From: Acidimicrobiia bacterium
Lineage (GTDB): Bacteria; Actinomycetota; Acidimicrobiia; Spongiisociales; ZC4RG35
Length of the DNA: 64,000 bases
Assembly: GCA_036556085.1 (NCBI GenBank)
Contig: DATBKE010000125.1
Location: 33,008-97,007 of the forward strand
Reading direction: 5' to 3'
The notes under the pieces are model-generated. The model saw only the letters and a program-made list of their open reading frames with translations, was not told the DNA's origin and did not search any database. How positions within the stretch are numbered: position 1 is the first letter of the stretch; every line of letters starts with the position of its first letter. Both the position numbers and the translations under genes were made by a program. Positions 17,632 through 26,309 of the stretch are shown here, one piece after another.

Positions 17632-18657
17632 ATGGCATTTTCAGACGGGAGCGCCGACTTTCGCTCCGACACCGTTACCCGACCGACCGAGGAGATGCGC
17701 CGGGCGATGGCGGAGGCCGAGGTGGGAGACGATGTTTATCACGACGACCCCACCGTCAACGCCCTCGAGGAGGAAGCGGCAGCGGTAGTCGGGAAGGAAG
17801 CAGCGGTCTTCATGCCGACGGGGACCATGGGAAACCAGATCGCGGTGATGCTGCAGACCAAGCCCGGCGACGACGTCCTGGCCGATCCCGGGGTCCATGT
17901 GCGCAACGTCGAGGCCGGGGGGCCGGCGGCGCTCTCGGGAGTCGCCTTTCGTACGGTCGATTCGACTGCTGGACAGGTGACACCGGCCCAGGTCGAGGCG
18001 GCCATAGCCCAGGCCGGGTTCTTTCCCCGCATCAGGCTCATGATCTGGGAGAACACCCACAATCTCTCCGGTGGAAGAGTCGTGCCTCACGAATTGATGG
18101 CGGAGACCAGCGCCACGGCTCGCCGCCACGGCCTGGCGATTCATCTCGACGGGGCCCGGCTCTTCAACGCCGTGGTCGCCTCGGGCGTTTCCGCCGACTC
18201 ATTTGCCGCCACGGCCGACACCGTCCAGTTCTGCTTTTCCAAGGGCCTGGGGGCCCCTGTGGGCTCCGTGCTCTGCGGGACCGAGGAGATGATGGGGGAG
18301 GCTCGCTATCTTCGCAAGCGCATGGGCGGGGGCATGCGCCAGGCGGGCGTGATCGCCGCCGCCGCTCGAATCGCCCTCCGGGATCGGGATCGACTCAAGG
18401 AAGACCATGAGCTCGCCCACTACCTGGCCGAGAGCCTCGACCGCGCCCATTCAGGCCTGGTCGATGTCGCCCAGGTGGAAACCAACATGTGCCAGATCCA
18501 ACCTGAGCGCCTTCCGCGGCCTCTTCCCGAGTGGCGAGAGGCCTTGTCAACCCAAGGAATCAAGATCAACCCCGCGTTTGGCGGCATCCTCCGTCTGGTG
18601 ACCCACCGCGACGTCAACCGCGACGACGTCGACCGCCTGGTTCGCAGCCTCGGCTGA
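17632..18657 (+). CDS. ltaE: low-specificity L-threonine aldolase
   Basis: [10 protein letters not shown], the PLP-lysine region [13 protein letters not shown], and the [12 protein letters not shown] motif. The longer frame from 17479 is an artefact. Confidence 0.85.
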   Translation: MAFSDGSADFRSDTVTRPTEEMRRAMAEAEVGDDVYHDDPTVNALEEEAAAVVGKEAAVFMPTGTMGNQIAVMLQTKPGDDVLADPGVHVRNVEAGGPAALSGVAFRTVDSTAGQVTPAQVEAAIAQAGFFPRIRLMIWENTHNLSGGRVVPHELMAETSATARRHGLAIHLDGARLFNAVVASGVSADSFAATADTVQFCFSKGLGAPVGSVLCGTEEMMGEARYLRKRMGGGMRQAGVIAAAARIALRDRDRLKEDHELAHYLAESLDRAHSGLVDVAQVETNMCQIQPERLPRPLPEWREALSTQGIKINPAFGGILRLVTHRDVNRDDVDRLVRSLG

Positions 18658-18662
18658 TCTCG

Positions 18663-19598
18663 GTGGCGCCGGCTGTCCTTTTTCCCGGGCAGGGAAGCCA
18701 GTTCCGGGGAATGGGCGCCGACCTCTTCGATCGTCGGCCCGATCTTCTGGGACCAGCAGCTGACGAGATCCTCGGTTGGTCTCTCCGCCGGATGTGCCTG
18801 GAGGCCGGGGACGAGGAGTTAACCCGGACCGAATACGCCCAGCCGGCCCTCTACGCCGTCAGCTACGCCCTCTGGGACGAGTTGGAGAAGCAGCTGCCGG
18901 TGGCCCCCGCCGCCGCAGCCGGCCATTCGCTCGGTGAATACACCGCGCTGGCAGCCGCCGGTGCCCTCGACTACGAGCAGGGATTGGCAGTAGTGGCGGA
19001 GCGGGGGCGGGCGATGGCAGGGGCCGCCGATCAGGAAGCCTCGGGGATGGCCGCCGTCATCGGCAGCGACCTTGAAGCCACCGAAAGCGCCGCTCTGGCC
19101 CGACGGCAGATGGGGGGACGCCTCTTCGTTGCCAACATCAACGCCCCCGGCCAGATAGTGGTCGCCGGTGGCGCCGAGGACCTCGACTGGCTCGAGGCCG
19201 AAATCCCCAACTTGGGTATCAAGAGGGTGATACGCCTGAAAGTAGCGGGAGCTTTCCACTCCCCATTCATGGAAGCTGCCGCCGACCGCCTGGCGGCGGC
19301 CCTGGCGGGGGTGGAAATTAGGGAAAGCCGTTTTCCAACCTGGAGCAACGTCACCGCCGAACCCCATCAGCGAGATCACATCAAGGATCAGTTGGTCCGC
19401 CAGGTGATCTCACCGGTACGGTTCGCCGACACCTTGCAAGCGATCGCCGCCGCCGGGGCCGATACCTATGTCCACGTGGGACCGGGCGATGTCACTTCCG
19501 GGCTAGCCAAGCGTTCGGCTCCCGGACTTCGCTATCTGGCGGTGTCGGATCACGCCGGGATCCCGCCCGTGATTGAGGCTCTCGGTACCATCGACTGA
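18663..19598 (+). CDS. fabD: ACP S-malonyltransferase
   Basis: GTG start. FPGQGSQ, the GHSLGE active-site serine, and AFHS. Confidence 0.9.
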   Translation: MAPAVLFPGQGSQFRGMGADLFDRRPDLLGPAADEILGWSLRRMCLEAGDEELTRTEYAQPALYAVSYALWDELEKQLPVAPAAAAGHSLGEYTALAAAGALDYEQGLAVVAERGRAMAGAADQEASGMAAVIGSDLEATESAALARRQMGGRLFVANINAPGQIVVAGGAEDLDWLEAEIPNLGIKRVIRLKVAGAFHSPFMEAAADRLAAALAGVEIRESRFPTWSNVTAEPHQRDHIKDQLVRQVISPVRFADTLQAIAAAGADTYVHVGPGDVTSGLAKRSAPGLRYLAVSDHAGIPPVIEALGTID

Positions 19599-19611
19599 GA
19601 TAGGAGGGACG

Positions 19612-20694
19612 ATGGCCAACGCGATGATCACCGGGTGGGGAAAGTGCATGCCGGAGGCGGTGCTTTCCAATCACGATCTCGAGCAAATCGTCGATACCAG
19701 CGACGAATGGATCACGACTCGAACCGGGATCAAGGAGCGGCGGATCTCCCATGCCGAGGTGTCGGATATGTCCGCCGTCGCCGGAACCCACGCCCTCGCC
19801 GCCGCCGGAAAGACCGCGGCTGATCTGGATTTGATCATTGTCGGAACGTGCACGGGCGACTCCCTCATCCCCTCCACTGCCTCCCTGGTGCAGGCGAAGT
19901 TGGAGGCCTGGCAGGCAGGCGCCTTCGACGTGAACGCTGCCTGCTCGGGCTTCATCTACTCACTAGTCATCGGCTCGAACATGATCGCCGCCGGGACGCA
20001 TCGCACGGTGCTGGTGATCGGAGCCGAGAAGCTTCACTATCACCTCGATTTCACCAACCGGGCGACGGCAGTGCTCTTCGGTGATGGTGCCGGGGCCGTC
20101 GTCTTGGAGGCGACCGACGAGGATGTCGGTCTGCTGGCTTCCGAGCTGGGCATGGACGGTTCCGCCGCTTCGATCCTTTGCATTCCCGAGCACGGGACCG
20201 CCGGGGATCGCAAGAATCCCGATCCCCGCCGATCGGGGATCAACATGGACGGCCCCGAGGTCTTCCGACGGGCTGTTACCACCATGGGCGACGCCTCCGT
20301 CCGCGTCCTCGATAAAGCCGGGATCAGCCTGGATGACATCGGGCTTTTGATACCCCACCAGGCCAATGTGCGGATCATCGACGCCACTGCCCGCCGGCTC
20401 AAGCTCGACCCGGCCAAAGTCATGATCAACATCGAGTCCTATGGCAACACCTCGGCGGCCACCATTCCTGTGGCCCTGACCGAGGCTCTCGAATCCCACC
20501 GCATCCAGCCCGGTGCGATCATCGTCCTCGCCGCCTTTGGTGCCGGCCTCTCATGGGGAGCGGCGGTGATTCGGTGGGGCCAGCGAGTCGAGCCTTTGGG
20601 GACGAGCGATGCCGCCCTTCCCTCCAACGATCGCAGCACCATGGATTTGCTGGCTCCCAACCTCGAGTTTTTCGGTCACCTGGCCAGTTCGTGA
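19612..20694 (+). CDS. fabH: beta-ketoacyl-ACP synthase III
   Basis: AGGAGGG RBS 7 nt upstream. Active-site ACSGF, HQAN and GNTSAA motifs. Confidence 0.9.
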   Translation: MANAMITGWGKCMPEAVLSNHDLEQIVDTSDEWITTRTGIKERRISHAEVSDMSAVAGTHALAAAGKTAADLDLIIVGTCTGDSLIPSTASLVQAKLEAWQAGAFDVNAACSGFIYSLVIGSNMIAAGTHRTVLVIGAEKLHYHLDFTNRATAVLFGDGAGAVVLEATDEDVGLLASELGMDGSAASILCIPEHGTAGDRKNPDPRRSGINMDGPEVFRRAVTTMGDASVRVLDKAGISLDDIGLLIPHQANVRIIDATARRLKLDPAKVMINIESYGNTSAATIPVALTEALESHRIQPGAIIVLAAFGAGLSWGAAVIRWGQRVEPLGTSDAALPSNDRSTMDLLAPNLEFFGHLASS

Positions 20695-21425
20695 CCCGCA
20701 CCGCCCTCGTTACCGGGGCGTCCCGGGGGATCGGTCGTGCGATCGCCCTCGCCCTGGCCGAGGCGGGCCATGTGGTGGCCGTCAATTTCAGCGTGTCTGC
20801 GTCCGCCGCCCATGGGGTCGTGACAGAAATCGAAAGCCGAGGTGGGAAGGCGGCTGCCTTCGGCGCTGACGTCTCCGATGCCCAGGCGGTGGAGGGGCTC
20901 TTCGCATCGGTTAGTGGCGAGCTGGGACCGGTCGAGATCATGGTCAACAACGCCGGCATCACCGCCGACAACCTGCTTCTCCGGATGAGCCCGGAGGAGT
21001 TCGACCGTGTTCTGGCCACCAACCTCCGTTCGGCGTTCCTCTGTACGAAGGCGGCCCTGAAGTCGATGCTGCGAGCCCGTTTCGGGAGGATCATTTCGAT
21101 CTCCTCGGTGGCCGGCATCGCCGGTAACCCGGGACAGGCCAACTACGCCGCTTCCAAGGCCGGCCTCATCGGGTTCACTAAGTCGGTGGCAAAGGAGGTG
21201 GGAAGCCGCGGAATCACAGCCAACGTGGTCGCGCCCGGCTTCATCGCCACGGATATGACCGCTGCCCTTTCCGAGGAGGTCAAGCAGGGGGTTTTGTCCA
21301 CCCTCAGCCTGGGAAGGTTTGGAGAGCCGGAGGAGGTGGCTCAGGTGGTGGCATTTCTCGCATCCGAGCGGGCCTCCTACGTCACCGGTCAAGTTTTGGC
21401 GGTAGACGGCGGTCTGGCGCTTTAA
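20691..21425 (+). CDS. fabG: 3-oxoacyl-ACP reductase (SDR)
   Basis: GTGA overlap with the fabH stop. TGASRGIGRAIA, NNAG, and YAASKAG catalytic tetrad. Confidence 0.9.
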   Translation: MTRTALVTGASRGIGRAIALALAEAGHVVAVNFSVSASAAHGVVTEIESRGGKAAAFGADVSDAQAVEGLFASVSGELGPVEIMVNNAGITADNLLLRMSPEEFDRVLATNLRSAFLCTKAALKSMLRARFGRIISISSVAGIAGNPGQANYAASKAGLIGFTKSVAKEVGSRGITANVVAPGFIATDMTAALSEEVKQGVLSTLSLGRFGEPEEVAQVVAFLASERASYVTGQVLAVDGGLAL

Positions 21426-21458
21426 TGCCAGCGAGAAGAACAGGAGAGAACCAGCCCG

Positions 21459-21704
21459 ATGGAAAAAACTGACATAGAAACGCGATTGCGGGATGTGCTC
21501 GTCACCGAACTCGGCCTCGACGCCGAGAAGATCAACCCGGCGGCCAACTTCGAGACCGATCTCGACGTGGACTCCCTGGGCGTCGTCGAGTTGCTGATGG
21601 CGATGGAGGATGAGTTCGGAGTGAAGATCCCCGACGATGAGGCCGAGCACATCCACACCGTGGGGGAAGCCATCGACCTGGTTCATCAGAAACTCAACTC
21701 CTAA
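21459..21704 (+). CDS. acpP: acyl carrier protein
   Basis: 81 aa with the LDVDSLGVVEL phosphopantetheine-attachment motif. Confidence 0.95.
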   Translation: MEKTDIETRLRDVLVTELGLDAEKINPAANFETDLDVDSLGVVELLMAMEDEFGVKIPDDEAEHIHTVGEAIDLVHQKLNS

Positions 21705-21720
21705 CCTGATTGGACAGCTG

Positions 21721-22989
21721 ATGGGGCGACGACGAGTAGTCGTCACCGGGATGGGGGTGATCACCCCGGTCGGCAACGACGTCGATACCTTCTGGCAATC
21801 GCTGGTCTCCGGCCGTTCCGGTATCGGTCCGATCACTCATTTCGATACCACGGGTTACCGGACAAAAATCGCCGGTGAGGTCAAGGATTTCGATCCTGCC
21901 GACCATTTCGACAAACGCGAGATCCGCCGCATCGATCCCTTTTCGCAATTCTTCTTGGTGGCCGGGCGTCAGGCTCTGGCACAGGCCAAGATCGCCTTTG
22001 CGCCGGAGGACGCTGACAACGAACGGGCCGGGGTGATGGTGGGAGCGGGCTTCGGCGGCATGGGTGCGTTCATCGATGAGGTGGCGTTGATGCTCGACCG
22101 GGGACCGGATCGGGTCAGCCCCACCGGCATCCCCAAGATCATCGCCAACATGGCCGCCGGCCTCGCCTCGATCGAGAACAACCTGCTGGGACCGGTGAGT
22201 TGCGTCGTCACCGCCTGCTCAGCGTCTGCCAACGCCATCGGTGACGCCGCCGAGCTGATCCGAAGAGGGGCGGCCGATGTCATGCTCGCCGGCGGGTCGG
22301 AGGCGGCTATCACCACCTACGGAGTGGCCGGGTTCAACCAATCACGAGCATTGTCGGTTCGCAACGACGAGCCCGCCCGAGCCTCACGGCCTTTCGACGC
22401 TGAGCGGGATGGATTCGTGATGGGCGAAGGGGGCGGGGCTCTGGTGTTGGAGGATCGGGATCGGGCCCTCGGACGGGGGGCGGAGATCATCGGCGAGATC
22501 GTCGGCTACGGGATGTCGGCGGACGCCTATCACATCACTCTGCCGCGGCCGGGCGGAACCGGGGCCGCCCGGGCGATGAAGGCGGCCATGACCGATGCCG
22601 CCTTAAAGCCCGGCGACATCTCCTATATCAACGCCCATGGCACCTCGACTGAGGCCAACGATGCCACCGAGACCGCCGCCATCAAGATCGCTCTCGGCGA
22701 TGACGCTTATCGGGTGCCGGTGTCGTCCACCAAGTCGATGACGGGTCACATTCTCGGCGGGGCCGGAGCGGTGGAGGCGATCGTCTCCTTGCTGGCGCTC
22801 AACCAGGGGCTCCTTCCCCCCACGATCAATCAGGAAACATCCGACCCGGAATGCGACCTCGACTACGTTCCCAATGAGGCCCGTCGCTTCTCGGGGGATT
22901 TTGCAATGTCGAACTCTTTCGGGTTTGGAGGTCACAACGTGGCGCTGGTCCTGGGCTCGGCCCGCGTGGCGGGTTCAGAGCCCGCCTAG
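21721..22989 (+). CDS. fabF: beta-ketoacyl-ACP synthase II
   Basis: RVVVTGMG, active-site TACSAS, and HGTST...GHILGGAG motifs. The longer frame from 21637 is an artefact. Confidence 0.9.
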   Translation: MGRRRVVVTGMGVITPVGNDVDTFWQSLVSGRSGIGPITHFDTTGYRTKIAGEVKDFDPADHFDKREIRRIDPFSQFFLVAGRQALAQAKIAFAPEDADNERAGVMVGAGFGGMGAFIDEVALMLDRGPDRVSPTGIPKIIANMAAGLASIENNLLGPVSCVVTACSASANAIGDAAELIRRGAADVMLAGGSEAAITTYGVAGFNQSRALSVRNDEPARASRPFDAERDGFVMGEGGGALVLEDRDRALGRGAEIIGEIVGYGMSADAYHITLPRPGGTGAARAMKAAMTDAALKPGDISYINAHGTSTEANDATETAAIKIALGDDAYRVPVSSTKSMTGHILGGAGAVEAIVSLLALNQGLLPPTINQETSDPECDLDYVPNEARRFSGDFAMSNSFGFGGHNVALVLGSARVAGSEPA

Positions 22990-23246
22990 CTCTCAGGCTG
23001 GTCCCGGTCCCGCTCCTGGCGGTATTCGGCGATCGAACGAGCAGTCAGCGCCAGGACGACCAGCAGTCCGGCACTGGCAATGACGAAGGCCCCGACCCCG
23101 ATCAAGCTGGCGGTCAGCGGACAACCGGGAGCGGGAGCGGGCTGATCGGCCCGACAGGAGACGTTGGTGATGACAAATCCCATCCAGCCGACCAGGCCTC
23201 CCAGCACCAAGGAAGGAATCACCAGGTAGGGATTGGGTTTCCTCAA
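22986..23246 (-). CDS. small membrane protein, hypothetical
   Basis: 86 aa with two hydrophobic helices; 4-bp overlap with the next minus-strand membrane gene. Confidence 0.4.
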   Translation of the reverse strand: MRKPNPYLVIPSLVLGGLVGWMGFVITNVSCRADQPAPAPGCPLTASLIGVGAFVIASAGLLVVLALTARSIAEYRQERDRDQPES

Positions 23247-23971
23247 TCTTGACCCAGCACCCGCCGGATGTCCTCAGGAGCCAGCTCGGGGGGAATCATC
23301 AATCGTGAGCCGCCCTCGATGAGGGGCCTGACCGCCAGGCGGACGTCGGAGGAGGCGGCTACGTAGGTGGCGGCGATCATCAAACCCAGCCACAGCCATC
23401 GCCCGGGTGATGGGAGCCACAGGCTTCCCAGGGCCAACAGAGGGGGGGCGGCCCGGGCGGCTAGGAGCGCCCCCGGGAGCCGTCGGGCGTAAATGAGGAG
23501 AGCGAGCCACGACAGTCCCGCCAGCCAAGGGAGAGGGCCGGGGTCATCACCAAGCGTGACGAGACCAGTCAGGCCTGGAGCAGCGAGGAGTGTCACTGCC
23601 AGCACCGCTGCCTTCGTCGGGATAGGGGCAGCCGAGGTTCGTCCTCGGATCCATCCACCCAGGCGCGGATCGGCGAGGAGAAAGCTGCTGAAGGCTATGA
23701 GCAGCACTCCGAAGTACCAGGGAGTGCTGCGCTCGTGAAGGAGGGCAATGGTCGCCTCAACAACGACGGTGGCCACTCCCAGCCGATAACCGAGTCGACT
23801 GCTCTCAATCAGGATCGCGACCACTGCCAGTGCGGAGGCGATCAGTAAGGAGGCGACGAGAACGAAAGATGTGCCGCGGTGCCACGGCCGTGGTTCATCG
23901 ACCAACACGAAGGCCCATGCCACAGAACATGCCAGGATGGACAGAGTTGCCCACCAGTGACGGCCGCTCAT
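23243..23971 (-). CDS. polytopic integral membrane protein, hypothetical
   Basis: 242 aa, ~7 hydrophobic segments, no recognisable catalytic motif. Confidence 0.5.
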   Translation of the reverse strand: MSGRHWWATLSILACSVAWAFVLVDEPRPWHRGTSFVLVASLLIASALAVVAILIESSRLGYRLGVATVVVEATIALLHERSTPWYFGVLLIAFSSFLLADPRLGGWIRGRTSAAPIPTKAAVLAVTLLAAPGLTGLVTLGDDPGPLPWLAGLSWLALLIYARRLPGALLAARAAPPLLALGSLWLPSPGRWLWLGLMIAATYVAASSDVRLAVRPLIEGGSRLMIPPELAPEDIRRVLGQD

Positions 23972-24026
23972 CTACATTCTGTGGGCCCACAGATGGGCAG
24001 GGCCTATCTCTGAACCCTGGGTTCGC

Positions 24027-25202
24027 ATGAAGGTGAGCTTCGCAGAAAAAATTCTCCACGCCGACATGGACGCCTTCTTCGTCGAAGTCGAGCGAAGACG
24101 CCAGCCCGCGCTGCGCGGTCAGCCCGTGGTGGTTGGTGGTGGGGGACGACGGGGAGTGGTAGCGGCGGCGAGTTATGAGGCCCGGGCATTCGGGATCCAC
24201 TCGGCGATGCCAATGTCACGGGCTCGGTCGGCTTGTCCCCACCTGGTGATTGTCCCTCCCGACCACGCTCATTACTCCGACGTGTCCGCCGAGGTCTTCG
24301 CCATTTTCTCGAGCTTCACTCCCGCAGTCGAGGGACTGTCTCTCGACGAAGCCTTTCTCGACATATCGGGTCTGCGCCGGCACTACTCCGGTCCCAACGA
24401 GGTGGGGACCGCGCTCCGAGAAAAGATCCGCCATGAGCTCGATCTCCCGGTTTCGGTGGGAATCGCCGTCAACAAGCTGGTTGCCAAAGTTGCTTCCGAG
24501 GCCGCCAAGCCGGATGGTCTGCGTCTGGTTCCCGCCACAGAAACCCTGAGCTTTCTCCACCCGCTCGGGGTGCGGGCGATTTCGGGCGTGGGGGAGGCCA
24601 CACACGCTGCACTGGAGGCGTTAGGGGTGACAACGGTTGGAGAACTGGCCGAAATCGCCCCCGAATTGCTGGAACGGCGGCTGGGACGGGCGGCGGGAAG
24701 GCATCTGGCCGCACTCGCCCGGGGCCAGGATGAGCGGGCGGTGGTTTCCGACCGCCAAACGAAGTCGGTGTCGGTTTCCGAGACCTATGACTTCGACCTC
24801 CGGACCCCCGCCGAGATCGACACCGAACTATTACGACTTTGCGACCGGCTCGGTGCCCGACTCCTCCGAGCAGATCTCGGCGGCCACACCGTCTCGGTCA
24901 CGGTCCGTTATTCGAACTTCGAAACGATCGTCCGTCAGACCACCGGCCGGAAGCTGGTGGCGACCTCGCGCGAGCTCTTCGCCGCCGCCCGCGAGCTCCG
25001 GCCCCAGTTCGACTGGAGCCGACCCGTCCGGCTTCTCGGAATCGGCGTGAGAGGCCTCTCGGAAGCCGGAGATTCCGGCCAAATAAGCACCGATTCCGAT
25101 CCGCGCTGGGAGGTCGTGAGCGGAGCGATCGCCAACGTGCGCGAGCGGTTCGGTGAAGATTCGCTCGGTCCGGCGCGAGTAGTGATTCGCAAAGAGAGTT
25201 GA
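24027..25202 (+). CDS. dinB: DNA polymerase IV (Y-family)
   Basis: ILHADMDAFFVEVE, the SxGIA-like region, and a little-finger domain. Confidence 0.9.
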   Translation: MKVSFAEKILHADMDAFFVEVERRRQPALRGQPVVVGGGGRRGVVAAASYEARAFGIHSAMPMSRARSACPHLVIVPPDHAHYSDVSAEVFAIFSSFTPAVEGLSLDEAFLDISGLRRHYSGPNEVGTALREKIRHELDLPVSVGIAVNKLVAKVASEAAKPDGLRLVPATETLSFLHPLGVRAISGVGEATHAALEALGVTTVGELAEIAPELLERRLGRAAGRHLAALARGQDERAVVSDRQTKSVSVSETYDFDLRTPAEIDTELLRLCDRLGARLLRADLGGHTVSVTVRYSNFETIVRQTTGRKLVATSRELFAAARELRPQFDWSRPVRLLGIGVRGLSEAGDSGQISTDSDPRWEVVSGAIANVRERFGEDSLGPARVVIRKES

Positions 25203-25298
25203 TCGTGAAAACCGTGCCATGAACCCGGGTCGAATTGAATCCCGAGTTCGTATACTGACCCCAGTCGCCTCGGATGAAAGAAACAGGAGTCACAGGTC

Positions 25299-25637
25299 AT
25301 GCCGCTGAGTGACCGGGAGCAAAAAATCCTGGCGGAGATCGAGCGTCACTTCCACGCGGAAGATCCAAATCTGGTGCGCGCAGTTCGCCGCATCGATCGC
25401 AGCGGCAACAACGGCAATCGCTGGGCGACCGTGGGTGTGGTCTTAGGTCTGGTCCTCGTCGCCGCCGCGTTCAGTCGCAACACGATCATCGCGGTACTCG
25501 GTTTCGTCCTTGTTGTGTGGAGCGCCAACTACCTCGTGCAGAAATTTCTGACGCGTCAAACGAGTCGCGAGACAGAGTCCGAAGAAACCGACAACACAAT
25601 TCGCAATAAAGGTCGGCGCCGCTTCAGACGCGACTGA
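25299..25637 (+). CDS. DUF3040 family membrane protein
   Basis: MPLSDREQKILAEIERHF start and a central hydrophobic hairpin; typical actinobacterial DUF3040. Confidence 0.7.
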   Translation: MPLSDREQKILAEIERHFHAEDPNLVRAVRRIDRSGNNGNRWATVGVVLGLVLVAAAFSRNTIIAVLGFVLVVWSANYLVQKFLTRQTSRETESEETDNTIRNKGRRRFRRD

Positions 25638-25741
25638 TCGACGCCGCTACAGTGGCGCACCCGCCGATCACACATCATCAAACGAGGGGTAGTCGGCGGA
25701 CAAGAATTTTGGAGGGATACCGATCGCGATGCCGCTTCCGA

Positions 25742-25770
25742 TTGACTCGAGACGCGAACGCGTCGGTTCG
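25742..25770 (+). promoter_or_regulatory. MerR-type promoter candidate: TTGACT, 19-bp spacer containing dyad GACGCGAACGCGTC, weak -10
   Basis: TTGACT at 25742-25747; perfect 6+6 dyad at 25751-25764; 19-nt spacing as in MerR-regulated promoters. Lies upstream of a MerR-family gene. Confidence 0.35.
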
Positions 25771-25805
25771 TTTGTGGCCGCTGGCCAGTTGGGAGGAGAG
25801 GATCG

Positions 25806-26309
25806 TTGCAGCAGGCTTTTACGGCGGAGCAGACGTGCAGGCTGACCAACTGCACACCACATCAGTTGCGCTACTGGGACCGGATGTCGCTCGTGAAGCC
25901 GAGCGTCCAACAGACAGGGGGCAGGCCGGGCGTCCGGCGTCTCTATTCGTTTCGTGACCTCGTCGCTCTACGCGTGGTCCACTCATTGATCGTCAACGGG
26001 ATGTCTCTGCAGCGGGTGCGACGGGCCTGGGATTACCTCCGCCGTCATGGCGACATGGAGATGCACATGAGCCAGATGAAGTTGATCTCCGAAGGCAAAT
26101 CGCTTTACGAGATCAGCGCCCAGGACGGTCTGGTGCTCGATGCCCTCCGAGAGGGTCAACTGGCCTTCTTTGCCGGACTGGATCAGATCACGAGGGAAGT
26201 GACCGAAGACGTCACCCGCTTTGAGCTCGACCGCGACCAGTTCCTGCAGATGCTGCGCCGGGTCGAGGATGACGTCAACGAGGAGCGACGAGTCTCAGCC
26301 GAGGGCTGA
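25806..26309 (+). CDS. MerR family transcriptional regulator
   Basis: TTG start with a GGGAGGAG RBS. HTH region LRYWDRMSLVKP...YSFRDLVALRVV. Confidence 0.75.
   Translation: MQQAFTAEQTCRLTNCTPHQLRYWDRMSLVKPSVQQTGGRPGVRRLYSFRDLVALRVVHSLIVNGMSLQRVRRAWDYLRRHGDMEMHMSQMKLISEGKSLYEISAQDGLVLDALREGQLAFFAGLDQITREVTEDVTRFELDRDQFLQMLRRVEDDVNEERRVSAEG

Noticed and set aside
20676-21836. 386-aa minus-strand ORF
   Set aside because: Antisense to fabG/acpP/fabF, which carry unmistakable SDR, ACP and KAS motifs.
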